This document shows, in pieces, positions 51,195 through 63,390 of a stretch of 64,000 bases of DNA. This stretch comes from Eledone cirrhosa. Taxonomy: Eukaryota. The position numbers and the translations under genes are program-made. The stretch lies in the NCBI GenBank assembly GCA_964016885.1, contig OZ024749.1, positions 41,726,001 through 41,790,000 of the forward strand. The letters run 5' to 3'. Each line of letters opens with the position of its first letter. Within the stretch, counting starts at the first letter, position 1. Under the pieces are notes generated by a model, which did no database searches, was not told where the DNA came from, and was given only the letters and a program-made list of their open reading frames with translations.

Positions 51195-51325
51195 TTATGT
51201 ATATGTGTGCAAAAATTAAATGGAAACAACACAGTACAATGAAGAAATATATTTGTTTAATGCTTGATATAGTAGGAAAAGAGTGTTTACGTTTCGGACA
51301 CTAGTCCTTCATCAGAAGATAAAAT
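51195..51325 (-). mobile_element. PLE pLTR fragment with minimal hammerhead motif, inserted in a SINE
   Basis: Minus strand reads tctt-CTGATGA-a-ggac-tagt-gtcc-GAAA-cgta at 51319-51285. Confidence 0.55.
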
Positions 51326-53151
51326 GTGCTCCAGTTCACTCAGCTGTAAAATAAAGTTGTGGCATCATTGGTGCCAAGCCGTATCGACCTTTACCTTTCA
51401 CTTGCCGTGGCATAGGCCACGACAGGCCTAGCAAGACAGCGATGGATGATAACAAAACAAACTGGAGGCTTCATTCTGGAGGAACTTCTAGACTGACGGG
51501 TCATAGGCCTACTTGGTGTTGGATGAAGAGGAAGATGAACATTTTTCTCTAACCTTTGTCATGATAGATATCAAATGTTAAACTAATGAATATAACTTAA
51601 TTATTCTCTTCAGCCTTTTGTAATAAATTTCATTATACTTTAACACATGATCTACTTACATTATATACACATCATGCAGCTTACAATCTCTGTAAGTCTT
51701 TCGTAACCTTATTTCTAATTAAATACACTGCCTATGATTCGAGTAATTTGGAAATATAATTAGCTCATTATTAAGCTGGTGTTTGAAGCATAACTTAACA
51801 AAGGTTCTTACATAAAATTAGGAATTTATGATTTATCAGGTTTTTAAATAAATAATACTTTAAAACACAGTTTTGTGTTGTAAAACCAGGAGCAGTTTTT
51901 GGTGGTTTGGTAGCAAAAGGAGTATGGCATATAACCATGGCTTATTTCATTTTACTTCATGATGCAGTTTTGCATCTAGACACAAATATCACCCCCTTGT
52001 TGGTACCACAATAAAATGTATCCAGTACATTCTGTAAAATGGTGGCTTTTGTGCCACAATAAAATGCACCCAGTACACTCTGTAAAGTGGTACTGCTGGT
52101 GCTATGATAAAATGCACTCGGTGCATTCTGTAGAGTTGTAGTGTTGGTGTGTTAATAAAATGTACCCACTACACTTTGTAGTGTTGGGGCCACAAAAAAT
52201 GTACCTACTACACTCTGTAAAGTGGTAGTGTTGGTGCCACAATAAAATGCGTCTAATACACTCTGTAAAGTAGTTGATGTTAGGAAGGGTATCCAGCTAC
52301 AGAAAACTTACCAAACAAAGACCCAAGAGGACTTCAGTTGTGTCAAAAACATGGCAACATCCCTAGTGCCGGTAGACATGATAGAATGCACCTGATGCAC
52401 GATATAGAAGTCAAGAACGTATATAGGTGAGATGCAGGTTCCAACCCATCTGAGAGATCAGTAGCTGTTATTGAGTACTGACTCAGTCTCTGCTAGCAGG
52501 GAAACACCAGTCTTTATTGGTGATGATTAGGGAGAGGAAAGACCAGTTGAAATGTAGGAAAAGGTATTTTTTTTAACCTTTTTGATACCGACCTGGCCAA
52601 AACTGGCTCTGTTTCTATGAAACAAAACCTATTTTAAAGGATTCCTATTCAAATTAAAATCTTCCAACGTAATTTTATATATGAACCATATGCTAAGTTA
52701 TTAACTTAGTAATGAAATAAATAATAATTTTAGTAAATCCCTCAAAATACTTCAATAATAGAGTGTATTTCATTAGAAATCCAGTCACGAAGAAGAGATG
52801 TCTCCTTCCCATTGAAGCTAACTCCACAACAAGGTAAGAAAAACTTACATGTAGAAAGAGAGAGAGACAACAGCTTATCACCTTCACCAACAATGAAAAT
52901 TTCAGCAAGTGAACAGTTACCATCTGGTGCAGATATTATGTAGGAATAGAATGGAAATATTTAATCCTTTATTAACCATATTCCTAACAACAGTATACCA
53001 CCTTTTGGCTTTAATTATCAAAGTTACCAGATGTTTCAGTCCAACATATGAATTTAAATTTGAACAGTTTAATAGAATTTTATCACTGTAATTATAATAA
53101 TACATACTCAAAAATATATCTCTGTAAAATATGCACATATGTGTGTATATA

Positions 53152-53191
<40 letters not shown>

Positions 53192-53372
53192 AGAGTTGGG
53201 ACCCAAATTTGCTGTTGAAATGGCAAGAACTCAGCCGTCGCGCCCTCACTTTCTACTATATTTACACTATATTACCCAAGTATCTAGTACTCTGCTGAAT
53301 AATGGTCTTACAAGTTTAAAACTGGTATATTCCTGATCTATCTATCTCTCTATATATATATAGATAGATATA

Positions 53373-54062
53373 GTGGAGGCAGGTGGCCTAGTGGTAAAGG
53401 TGTTGGACTTAGATCATAATGTTGTGGGTTTGATTCCCAGGCTGTTTTCAACAAAACACTTCATTTCATGTTGCTCCAGTATACTCAGCTGAAAATGAAT
53501 ACCAACTGGGGGGATTTAACCTTGTTCTCTTAGTTGCTTAACGCCATGAAACCAAGATAAGCACCAGCCTGATGAAACTTCCGGCTTACAGACTTTAGAG
53601 CTATATATATATATACATAATTATGTGAAGGCATGTGGCTGAGTGGTTAGAGAATTGAATTCGCAATTGGGAGGTTGTGAGTTTGATTCTTCGGCAATGT
53701 GTATGTCCTTGGGCAAGACACTTTATTTCACATTGCTCCTTCTACCTGGATTTGCGACCGATAGTATTAGCAATTAGAAATACCAATGGAAACATTGTTT
53801 CCTTGGTCTGATTTGACGAAAGTCGATCGACTGTTGATATATAATTATGCATTACAGTTTAGTGCCCACACCAAACTTTGTTTCTACTTTTTGGCACAAG
53901 GCCAGCAATCACCCAGTGCATTACTGGTACTTTATTTTATTGACCCCGTAAGGATGAAAGGCAAAGTTAACCTCGGCGGGATTTGAACTCGGATCATAAA
54001 GGGAGGTAACTCTATGCTTCAAAGAATGGTGTCCGACCATCTACCGATACTGCCAATCCACA
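53373..54062. mobile_element. Cluster of SINEs (two + strand CORE-type, one - strand Meta-type)
   Basis: tRNA heads at 53373 and 53625; a reverse-strand Meta-type core at 53880-54060. Confidence 0.7.
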
Positions 54063-54974
54063 TAATAATGCATAGTTGTAGATTATGATTATATTAGCAT
54101 TTAAACTGGCCATATCTGTCCAGAATTCTTTCACCCCTTTCTGTTCAAACTGGCCATAACTGGCCGCTCATACTAACATTAAGGTATTGTTCTCAAAATA
54201 AATAATATCAAAACTTCATAGATTCGATATTAAGTGAGATAATTGGGTAAGATAAAGTCTTTACCATGAAAACACAATAGTAAATATAGACTAATGTAAA
54301 TGCTAAAGGGTTAAGAAGAAGATAAATTATTATTTTCACTTATGGAAACTACCGGAAGTTATATGGATTATTTAACTGAATGCAAAATGGTCTTGATAAA
54401 AAGAAGCGTGAAATGAATATACTCTGCCACGTATTGACTGACTTTTCACCCAAGCCTGTGTGTGTGTGTATATATATATGTGTGTGTCGGTGTGTGTGTG
54501 AACACTATATTTTATTTATTGAGTATTCAGTATGTGCTACTTATATAATCTATTGTAAGGAAAGAGAAAAGTTTGTTGGTTATGAAGGTTCTTTCAGTAA
54601 TTTTGTTGTTCCCCATGAGTAAGACATCTGGTTGTTCTTGTAATATGCTACCTCGCTTTTGAGTGGTTTTTCTATTTACAACCATGTTTTCATGTTCAGT
54701 CATATGTAAAATTGGATATAAAACATTAATATATGCACTCATATACAATATGTTCCATGAATGAGGTGGTAATTAAAACTTAATGAATTAAATGCTTAAT
54801 TTGTGGGACAAAACTTTGTTACATTGAAATATTTTTTATTATTCTAATCATTTGTAGACAACATAGTAAGGTGTAGCTTATCACAAAAGAAGCAAATTTC
54901 TCTCAGAATTGTGTTGTAGCAGTTTGTTAGAGAGTGAAGTTAGTTAGGTCAGGTTCCAGCTTGGATACCATTGG

Positions 54975-55250
54975 ATACATTTCTCTGTCCACTATTACCA
55001 TCTTCGGTTCCTGGATAAATTCCAGGTCAGTATCCTGCTTCAGGCTGTCAATGTATGTGACATGATGTCCAGTATACTCCTCTATCCATCATTGTCATCT
55101 TCAGTTCCTGGATAAATTCCAGGCTAGTATCCTTTTCAGGTTAATGTATGTGACATGATGTTCAGTACATTTTTCTGTCCACCATTATCATCTTCAGTTC
55201 TTGGATAAATTCCAAGCTAATATCCTACTTCAGGTTAATGTATGTAGCAT
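54975..55250 (+). repeat. ~97 bp tandem triplication
   Basis: catcttc.gttcctggataaattccagg..agtatcct..ttcagg..aatgtatgt occurs three times. Confidence 0.8.
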
Positions 55251-55483
55251 GGCATCCTACTCTGTGCTTTCTCACTTTGTGCCATTGATCCAACAAGACC
55301 ATCTTTGATGCTTCCTTTTTGGGATGTTTTGCACAATTTCCCAATAGAGTCAACATTCTTGGATCTTCTCGCTTACTTTAGAAACCAACCAAAAATAAGT
55401 GAGAAGATCAGATGGTGAAATAGCCATTATAAGAATGAGTTTTTCTTATTCAATTATTTCAAACTGTGTTGCTTCTTTTCCAG

Positions 55484-55550
55484 GTCTTCAGATTCATCAG
55501 AAAAGATTCAACCTCCAGCCCCTGATGAGACGGGGTCCAGTGAGATTGAA
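55484..55550 (+). CDS. eIF4A: eIF4A exon 2
   Basis: G+SSDSSEKIQPPAPDETGSSEIE; acceptor ttcttttccag, donor GTAAG. It ends at IE, as vertebrate eIF4A exon 2 does. Confidence 0.85.
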
Positions 55551-56303
55551 GTAAGAATTTTTATCACTTTTTATACATTGTTATATATGTGTGCTTGTTT
55601 TATTACTGAACATAGGTTCAACTCCTTGAACAAACAGCACGTTGTGTTCTTGAGAAAGACACTTCATTTCATGTGGCTTTTCATAACACAATAAAGTTTC
55701 TTATATAAAATTATGAAAGAAAGGTGTTTAGGTAAATATAAACATTTTAAAACAAACACCTTGGTATTGTAGAACCAAGGGCAGTTTCAGGTTGTTTAGT
55801 ATCAAAGAGTTAAAATGATCAACATATGTAACAATATAAATTTGGTGGGAATATCATTAAAAGAACTTTCACATTGTCATTTAAAAATAGTTTAAACCTG
55901 ACCAAAACCATTTTTGGTTCTGTGAAATAAAACCACCCATTTTAAAGGGTTCCTATTTAATATTTTTAGGTAACAAAGGGTTCCTATTTAATATTTTTAG
56001 CCAAAACCAGCTGTGGTTCTATGAAAGAGGACTACCCATATTAAACTTTTCTGTTTAACCCTTTTGTTACCATATTTATAATGAAATATACTCCTTTCAA
56101 TTAATTAATGCAGAATGTTGAAGGATAATTGTCAATAAAATAAAGTACCAGTAATGCTGGTCTTGTGCCAAAAGTAGAAACAATTATTAGTTTTTTAATT
56201 TAAACATTTTTTTTAAATAAAAATTTTCCAATATTAACTTATTTTCATTTTTGGAATATATTTACTAATTCTGTAATAATTAAATTTTATTTTATACTTT
56301 CAG

Positions 56304-56436
56304 TCAAACTACGATGAAGTTGTCAGTACATTTGATGATATGAACTTGCGGACTGAGCTGTTAAGAGGCATATACGCTTATGGTTTTGAGAAACCATCCC
56401 TTATCCAGCAAAGAGCAATTGTACCTTGTATAAAAG
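56304..56436 (+). CDS. eIF4A: eIF4A exon 3 (Q motif)
   Basis: [44 protein letters not shown]; 133 nt. Confidence 0.96.
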
Positions 56437-56659
56437 GTAACTATTAACTTTTAATATCCTGTAATGATTTCACAGAAATTATTTAAAAATTGGTTTATTA
56501 ATTCAAATGTTTATAGCATCTTTACTAGTGGGCAGATTGTTGGGAAAATTTGTAATATTATCTCTTAACATTCTGTAATAATTTAGCAGAAAATATCTAA
56601 AATTAGATGTGTTAATTCAAATTATATGTTCAACGCTGATTACCAGACGACACAGTACA

Positions 56660-58140
56660 TATAGTTACATATTCTACACTGACCACTACATAACACAGTA
56701 CATATGGTCATGTGTTCTATACTGAATACTACACAACACTGGCCACTACACCACACTGAATACTACACCACACTGTACACTACACAATACTGACCACTAC
56801 ACCACAATGTATATATGGTCATGTGTTCAACACAACACTGACCACTACACCACAACACTGACCACTTCACCACACTGTACATGTGGTCATGTGTTCAACA
56901 CAACACTGACCACTACACCACAACACTGACCACTTCACCACACTGTACATGTGGTCATGTGTTCAACACAACACTGACCACTACACCACAACACTGACCA
57001 TTTCACCACACTGTACATGTGGTCATGTGTTCAACACAACACTGATCACTACACCACAACACTGACCACTACACCACAATATATATATGGTCATGTGTTC
57101 AACACAACACTGACCACTACACCACAACACTGACCACTACACCACAATATATATATATGGTCATGTGTTCAACACAACACTGACCACTACACCACAACAC
57201 TGACCACTACACCACAATATATATATGGTCATGTGTTCAACACAACACTGATCACTACACCACAATATATATATATGGTCATGTGTTCAACACAACACTG
57301 ACCACTACACCACAACACTGATCACTACACCACAATATATATATGGCCATGTGTTCAACACAACACTGACCACTACACCACAACACTGACCACTACACCA
57401 CAATATATATATGGTCATGTGTTCAACACAACACTGACCACTACAACACAACACTGATCACTACACCACAATATATATATGGCCATGTGTTCAACACAAC
57501 ACTGACCACTACACCACAACACTGACCACTACACCACAATATATATATGGTCATGTGTTCAACACAACACTGACCACTACAACACAACACTGATCACTAC
57601 ACCACAATATATATATGGCCATGTGTTCAACACAACACTGACCACTACACCACAACACTGACCACTACACCACAATATATATATGGTCATGTGTTCAACA
57701 CAACACTGACCACTACACCACAACACTGACCACTACACCACAATATATATATATGGCCATGTGTTCAACACAACACTGACCACTACACCACAACACTGAC
57801 CACTACACCACAATATATATATATGGTCATGTGTTCAACACAACACTGACCACTACACCACAATATATATATATGGTCATGTGTTCAACACAACACTGAC
57901 CACTACACCACAACACTGACCACTACACCACAATATATATATATGGTCATGTGTTCAACACAACACTGATCACTACACCACAATATATATATATGGTCAT
58001 GTGTTCAACACAACACTGACCACTACACCACAACACTGACCACTACACCACAATATATATATATGGTCATGTGTTCAACACAACACTGACCACTACACCA
58101 CAACACTGACCACTACACCACAATGTATATATGGCCATGA
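56660..58140 (+). repeat. ~68 bp minisatellite built from 20-bp subunits
   Basis: ggtcatgtgttcaa(cacaacactgaccactacac)x1-2 followed by (ta)n, about 20 copies. Confidence 0.95.
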
Positions 58141-58224
58141 TGATGATCATCAGTAATATTTGTTTGCTTTCTGTATATAATCCTGTGTTTTGCAGAACCT
58201 CACAACAAACCTCCAATTTTTCAG

Positions 58225-58364
58225 GTCATGATGTCATTGCTCAAGCCCAGTCAGGCACAGGAAAGACAGCTACATTTTCTATTGCCATTTTGCAACAGTT
58301 AAATATGTCCCTTCAGGACTGTCAAGCTTTGGTCCTGGCGCCTACGAGAGAATTAGCTCAACAG
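58225..58364 (+). CDS. eIF4A: eIF4A exon 4 (motifs I and Ia)
   Basis: [47 protein letters not shown]; 140 nt. Confidence 0.97.
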
Positions 58365-59003
58365 GTAACTAGTTTTTTTTTGTTCTTACCTCTCCTCATT
58401 ACTCTACTGAGTCCAGAAACTGAACCCACTACCTCATGACTGTGAGTCTAATATCCTAATCCCTAGACCATGTATATTCATACTCTAGTCAAGATATCTG
58501 CCATAGGAAGATACAAATGATGATGATGATGATGACAACAGCAACAACAACTATGACCATTAATTATCATCATCATTTATTTCACTTAATAAACATATAA
58601 AAACACTACCTATGATTTTCAAACCAATTCAATATTTGAAAAAGAGATCTTAACCTTGAAATATCATGAAATATAAGATATAAATGTTAATTGATTTTCT
58701 TATTTTAATCTATTCTAGTTTTCATTCCTATATGTCTAACTTGCATTGGTACAAAACTAATCATAACCACATATTTCACAATGCTTCACATATAAAAAAA
58801 CTATGCTGCTTTAATCCATTAGCATTTAAACCGGCTGTATTCAACCAGAATTCTCTTACCTCTTTCTGTCCAAACCGGCTGTAACCAATCACTCATACTG
58901 ATGTTAAGGTATTGGTCTCAAAATAAATCATATCAAAATCTCACAGATTCAATATTATGTGAGATAATTATGTGAGGTAGAGCCTTTACCACAAAAATAC
59001 AAT

Positions 59004-59038
<35 letters not shown>

Positions 59039-59095
59039 TAATGTAAATGCTAATGGGTTAATCTAAATAATTTATTTCTTCTCAAAATTCTTCAG

Positions 59096-59261
59096 ATTCA
59101 GAAAGTAGTTGTGGCTCTTGGAGATTATATGGGTGCTAAGTGCCATGCTTGTATTGGTGGAACCAACGTCCATGATGACAAATTACAATTGTTTGATGGT
59201 GTTCATACAGTGGTTGGCACCCCTGGACGTGTTAGTGATATTATACAGCGCGAATGGCTTT
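59096..59261 (+). CDS. eIF4A: eIF4A exon 5 (GG doublet, TPGR motif)
   Basis: [55 protein letters not shown]; 166 nt. Confidence 0.96.
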
Positions 59262-59730
59262 GTAAGTTTGTTTTTTAAAATAAATTTCAGTATTTCTCAA
59301 GTCTATCATTTCTTTTATTTAGATTTAATGCAAGCATTGAAAATAACCATCAACATCATTTAACGTCCACTTTCCATGCTAGCAAGGCTTGAACAGGTCT
59401 TCACAGACTGAGTCAGTACTGAAGTGGAGCTACTAACTTCTCAGCTAGGCCAGGGGTCTGCATCTCACTTACGTACGGTCCCACGCTCTACTGAGGGCAT
59501 TTTAATGAGGTACCAACAATAGGGAGGTTGTCATGTTTTCAATTCAACTGAAGGGGCTTCACAACCCTTTCTTTGCCAAGCTTTCTACAGTTGGATACTC
59601 TTCCTATCACCAACCACTTTACAGCATTTACTGCAAAAGTGAATGTAAAATGATGATGATGATAATGATATTTCAATGATTTATGTGGCTTTTTAAAATT
59701 TATTTTCATTTCTCCTTTCTTGATTTTTAG

Positions 59731-59840
59731 CAACTTCAAATATTAAAGTATTTGTCCTTGACGAAGCAGATGAGATGTTGTCTCGAGGTTTCAAAGATCA
59801 GATTTACAGTGTTTTTAAATACATGCCTCAGAATGTTCAG
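59731..59840 (+). CDS. eIF4A: eIF4A exon 6 (DEAD box)
   Basis: [37 protein letters not shown]; 110 nt. Confidence 0.97.
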
Positions 59841-60894
59841 GTTAGTTGATGTCTTCTGTACTTTTATCTAAACTCTGAGCTACTCCAGCAACAATCCTCA
59901 CAACATGCAAACTCTTGTAGTTAGAATTATTAATGCATGTATTGAATTTATCATCATCATCCAGGCATGTTTATTGCACAGATTGCTATGACTCATTCTC
60001 TCCTGTTTGGTCTGCCATTGTTTGTGGTAGGTATCCTTGGGTGCACTCTAGGGGCATCCAATAGACCAGCAAATACGATAATTTGGAAATTTAAGCAATG
60101 TCTTTCATTAGGAATATGATTATGAAAGGGTTAATATAATTATAGACAATACAGGGTAGAAAGGACTCTTTAATAGCTGAGCACAAGACGAAATTCTCTA
60201 GTGATGGTGCCATGAGAAAATGAACCTAGTCCAAATTGTATGTAAAGTAGTTAATGATAGGAAAAACGTGCAAGTATTTTTTAAAATCATCATTATTTTA
60301 CGTTCTGCTTTCCATGTATGTGTTGGATAAGTTGTCATGGTTTGAGATTGAACTGGTTGGAGAAACTTGTCTTGTTTAAACATTTCATTTTTGGCATGAT
60401 TTCTACTGCTGGATGCCCTTCTTAATGCCAACTATTTTACAGAGTATAGTGGGTTCATTTTATCATGGCATTGGCACTACTTTACAGAGTTATTAGGTGC
60501 ATTTTATCACAGCACCAACACTACCACTTCACAGAGTATACTTGCTGTGTGAATTTTATTGTGTCATCAGCACTATTTCTTTACAGAGTGTACTAGGTGC
60601 ATTTTATCTTGGCACCAACATTAGTGGGTTTTTCTTGACTCTCAAGCCTAGCAATGTACATTACCCTACATTGCAAGGGGCATGGTGATTGTACTGGTGC
60701 CACAACAAAAAGCACCCAGTTCACCCTGTAAGGTTGTTATATTAGGAATGGCATCCAGCCATAGAAAACTAAGCCAAAATAGGATCATATGCGCAAGACA
60801 TCACTGACCGGTCTGGCCCATGCAAGCATGGAAAATAGACATTAAGCAGTGATGATGTTTTTAAGTATTCTGTTTCTTTTGTTTATTTTACCAG

Positions 60895-61038
60895 GTGATC
60901 TTATTATCAGCTACCATGCCACCCGATGTATTTGATGTCACCAGCCAATTTATGAGGAAACCTATTAAGATTTTAGTAAAAAAAGAGGAGTTGACTCTGG
61001 AAGGTATCAAACAGTTCTTCGTTCTTATTTGTAAAGAG
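60895..61038 (+). CDS. eIF4A: eIF4A exon 7 (SAT motif III)
   Basis: [48 protein letters not shown]; 144 nt. Confidence 0.97.
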
Positions 61039-61789
61039 GTAAGTTATATATCAATCTATATTTATATGTAAAAAAGACCAATTTTTCTACAATGCAGTAG
61101 AAAAATACAAAGGTCAAATGTTGACAAATAAAAGTAAACAAAGTAATGTTTTACTCAATATATTTCAACATGATATTTCAGGGCTATAACCCTATTTTCA
61201 AATGTGGAGCTGAAACATTTCAAAACAAAATGGTTTTCTACCGCATTGTATCGGCTTTTTGAAAATCATCGGCCTTTTATTACATGTCTCACAATGCTTC
61301 GTATTAACTACACTACTATATTTATATATAAAAATGGAACATCTGAGCAAGACATTGTCCTCTGGTTTCTCTAGAGGAGCAATAACTCCAAATAAGAACC
61401 AACTCAGCCCATGACAATCCCTCAATTACCCACCCAAACTATGTCTGCCTGGGAAGTAGGTATAATCTGATTTTTAATAATGATATTAACCTTTGTAAAG
61501 TGGTTGGTGTTGTGAAGGGCATTTGGCCATGGAAAACCTGCCAAACATAGAGTTGACAGGACTCTTCAGTTGTGTTAAGGGCACAGCAACTTCTCTAGTG
61601 CTGGTGCTACAATAAAATGCTCCAGTGCACTCTTGTAAATGGAAGGGCATATATATAAGCAAGGTTCCAATTGACTACAGACTTGATCTGTGATCACCCA
61701 CCTGATCTTTTCTAGTGTGGAAGGCAGGCATTAAAAGGTAATGATGATGATGATGATGTTTGTTTATCTAATTAACTTTTTTAATTTAT

Positions 61790-62013
61790 AGTGTGTTCAT
61801 TTCTTACGCGAAGATGCGTTCGTGAACGCGGCACATAAAGCAAATTCGTGTAATTCAATTCTAATGTTATATTATAATTCTGATAAATAAAAAAAATTAA
61901 AAACCACATGCGTTATAGCAAGTTATTCACACAAAGTAAATATTAAATATTTTTTCAAGAGACATTAAAGTGAATTCACATACTTCAAATTTGCGTAAAA
62001 AGTGAACAGACTG
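61790..62013. mobile_element. Tc1-like MITE
   Basis: Imperfect TIRs tagtgtgttcatttcttacgcgaa / tttgcgtaaaaagtgaacagactg, TA-flanked. Confidence 0.5.
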
Positions 62014-62039
62014 TATTTATATATTTTCTTTAATTTCAG

Positions 62040-62177
62040 GAATGGAAACTAGAGGCTTTGATAGATCTGTATGCAACTCTAACAATTACCCAAGCTGTTA
62101 TATTCTGTAATACTCGTAGGAAAGTAGATTGGCTTACTGATCAGCTAACAGAAAGACATTTCACTATTTCTGCTTTG
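62040..62177 (+). CDS. eIF4A: eIF4A exon 8 (motif IV); canonical downstream exons lie outside the window
   Basis: [46 protein letters not shown]; 138 nt. Confidence 0.96.
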
Positions 62178-62239
62178 GTAATTTCACTTGTATTATTATA
62201 TTATCATTATTATTATTATTTTCAAATTCAGTTATCAAC

Positions 62240-62735
62240 CAAGTCCATTGTGAAGATTGTCCCGTCAGCAATCTTATAGTCAAGAAGAGCAGGCTGTTTT
62301 TTATATGTCTTGTGGCCATGGCGAAAGAGGTTGTATGGTGGACACGCTTGAAAGGTTTGAAGTAGCACTTGAGGAGGAAAATAAGGGTAGAGAAAGAAGT
62401 GTCACCTTCAAAAAAATTTGTTGAAAGATAGGTGAGAGAGGCGAACATGGCCCAAGTGAATGGGCCTACTCTGAGTATGTGCCTGTAGATTGGAGGTGGA
62501 AAACTGGGAGAGGGCACTTGCCCTGGTGGCCAGGGTCACTAAGGCTTTTTGTGGGCTTTCTCCACAAGTGACCCTCGGAAATCTCCCCCTATTGGGGAAT
62601 TTTCTTTTGTTTCATTTTTTGTTACTTCCTTTGTTATTGTTTTTTTTTCTTCTTTATATGCAGAAATGCCCATTTGTACCATCTTGTGCTGTCCTTAATG
62701 TTATACTTTATGTCAACCCTTGTGGTTAATAAACA
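62240..62735 (+). mobile_element. Probable L1/Tx1-like LINE 3' fragment
   Basis: Degenerate frame CLVAMAKEVVWWTRLKG... followed by a UTR ending cccttgtggttaataaa. A similar end occurs at about 9500-9520. Confidence 0.35.
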
Positions 62736-62747
62736 AAGCATTATTAG

Positions 62748-63390
62748 CGGTGGATTGGCAGTATTGGTAGGGGGGCGGATGCCATGATTTGACACATAGA
62801 GTTACGGACCTTTCCATTCTGAGTTCAAATCCCGCCGAAGTTAACTTTGCCTTTCATCCTTATGGGGTCGATGAAATAAAGTACCAGTAATGCACTGGGG
62901 TAATTGCTGGCCTTGTGCCAAAAATAGAAACAATTATTATTATCATTTTTTTTTTATGGCGGTGGAATGACAGTATTGGTAGAGCGTCAGACAAAATGGT
63001 TTGTGGTATTTAGTTATGACTTCCTACATTCTGAGATGAAATCCCACTGGTGTCAACTTTGCCTTTCATCCTTCAGTGGTAGATAAAATATAATACCAGC
63101 TATGTACTAGAGACAATATAATGGACTTTCTCCTTCCTTGAATTTGCTTGACTTGTGCCAATATTAGAAAGAATTATTATTGTTATTATTATTATGCAGT
63201 ATCGGTAGAGCGTCAGATATCATGCTTTGCAGCATAGAGTTATGGCCCTTTACGTTCTGGGTTCAAATTCCGCCGAGGTTAACTTTGCCTTTCACCCTTA
63301 CGGGGGTCGATAAAATAAAGTACCAGTCACATACTGGGGTCGATTTAATCGACTTTCCCCTTCCCCAAAATTGCTTATATAAGAAACCAT
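62748..63390 (+). mobile_element. Three tandem tRNA/Meta-domain SINEs
   Basis: Each has ggcagtattggtag.., ttctgagttcaaatccc, ctttgcctttcatcc..gataaaataaagtaccag and an (ATT)n tail. Confidence 0.75.

Noticed and set aside
53565-53600. CTGATGA motif resembling a hammerhead core
   Set aside because: There is no downstream stem II or GAAA; it is part of a SINE tail.
43782-62039. Homologs of vertebrate EIF4A-hosted snoRNAs
   Set aside because: No convincing box C/D or H/ACA structure with a recognisable guide was found by eye; a covariance-model search is needed.
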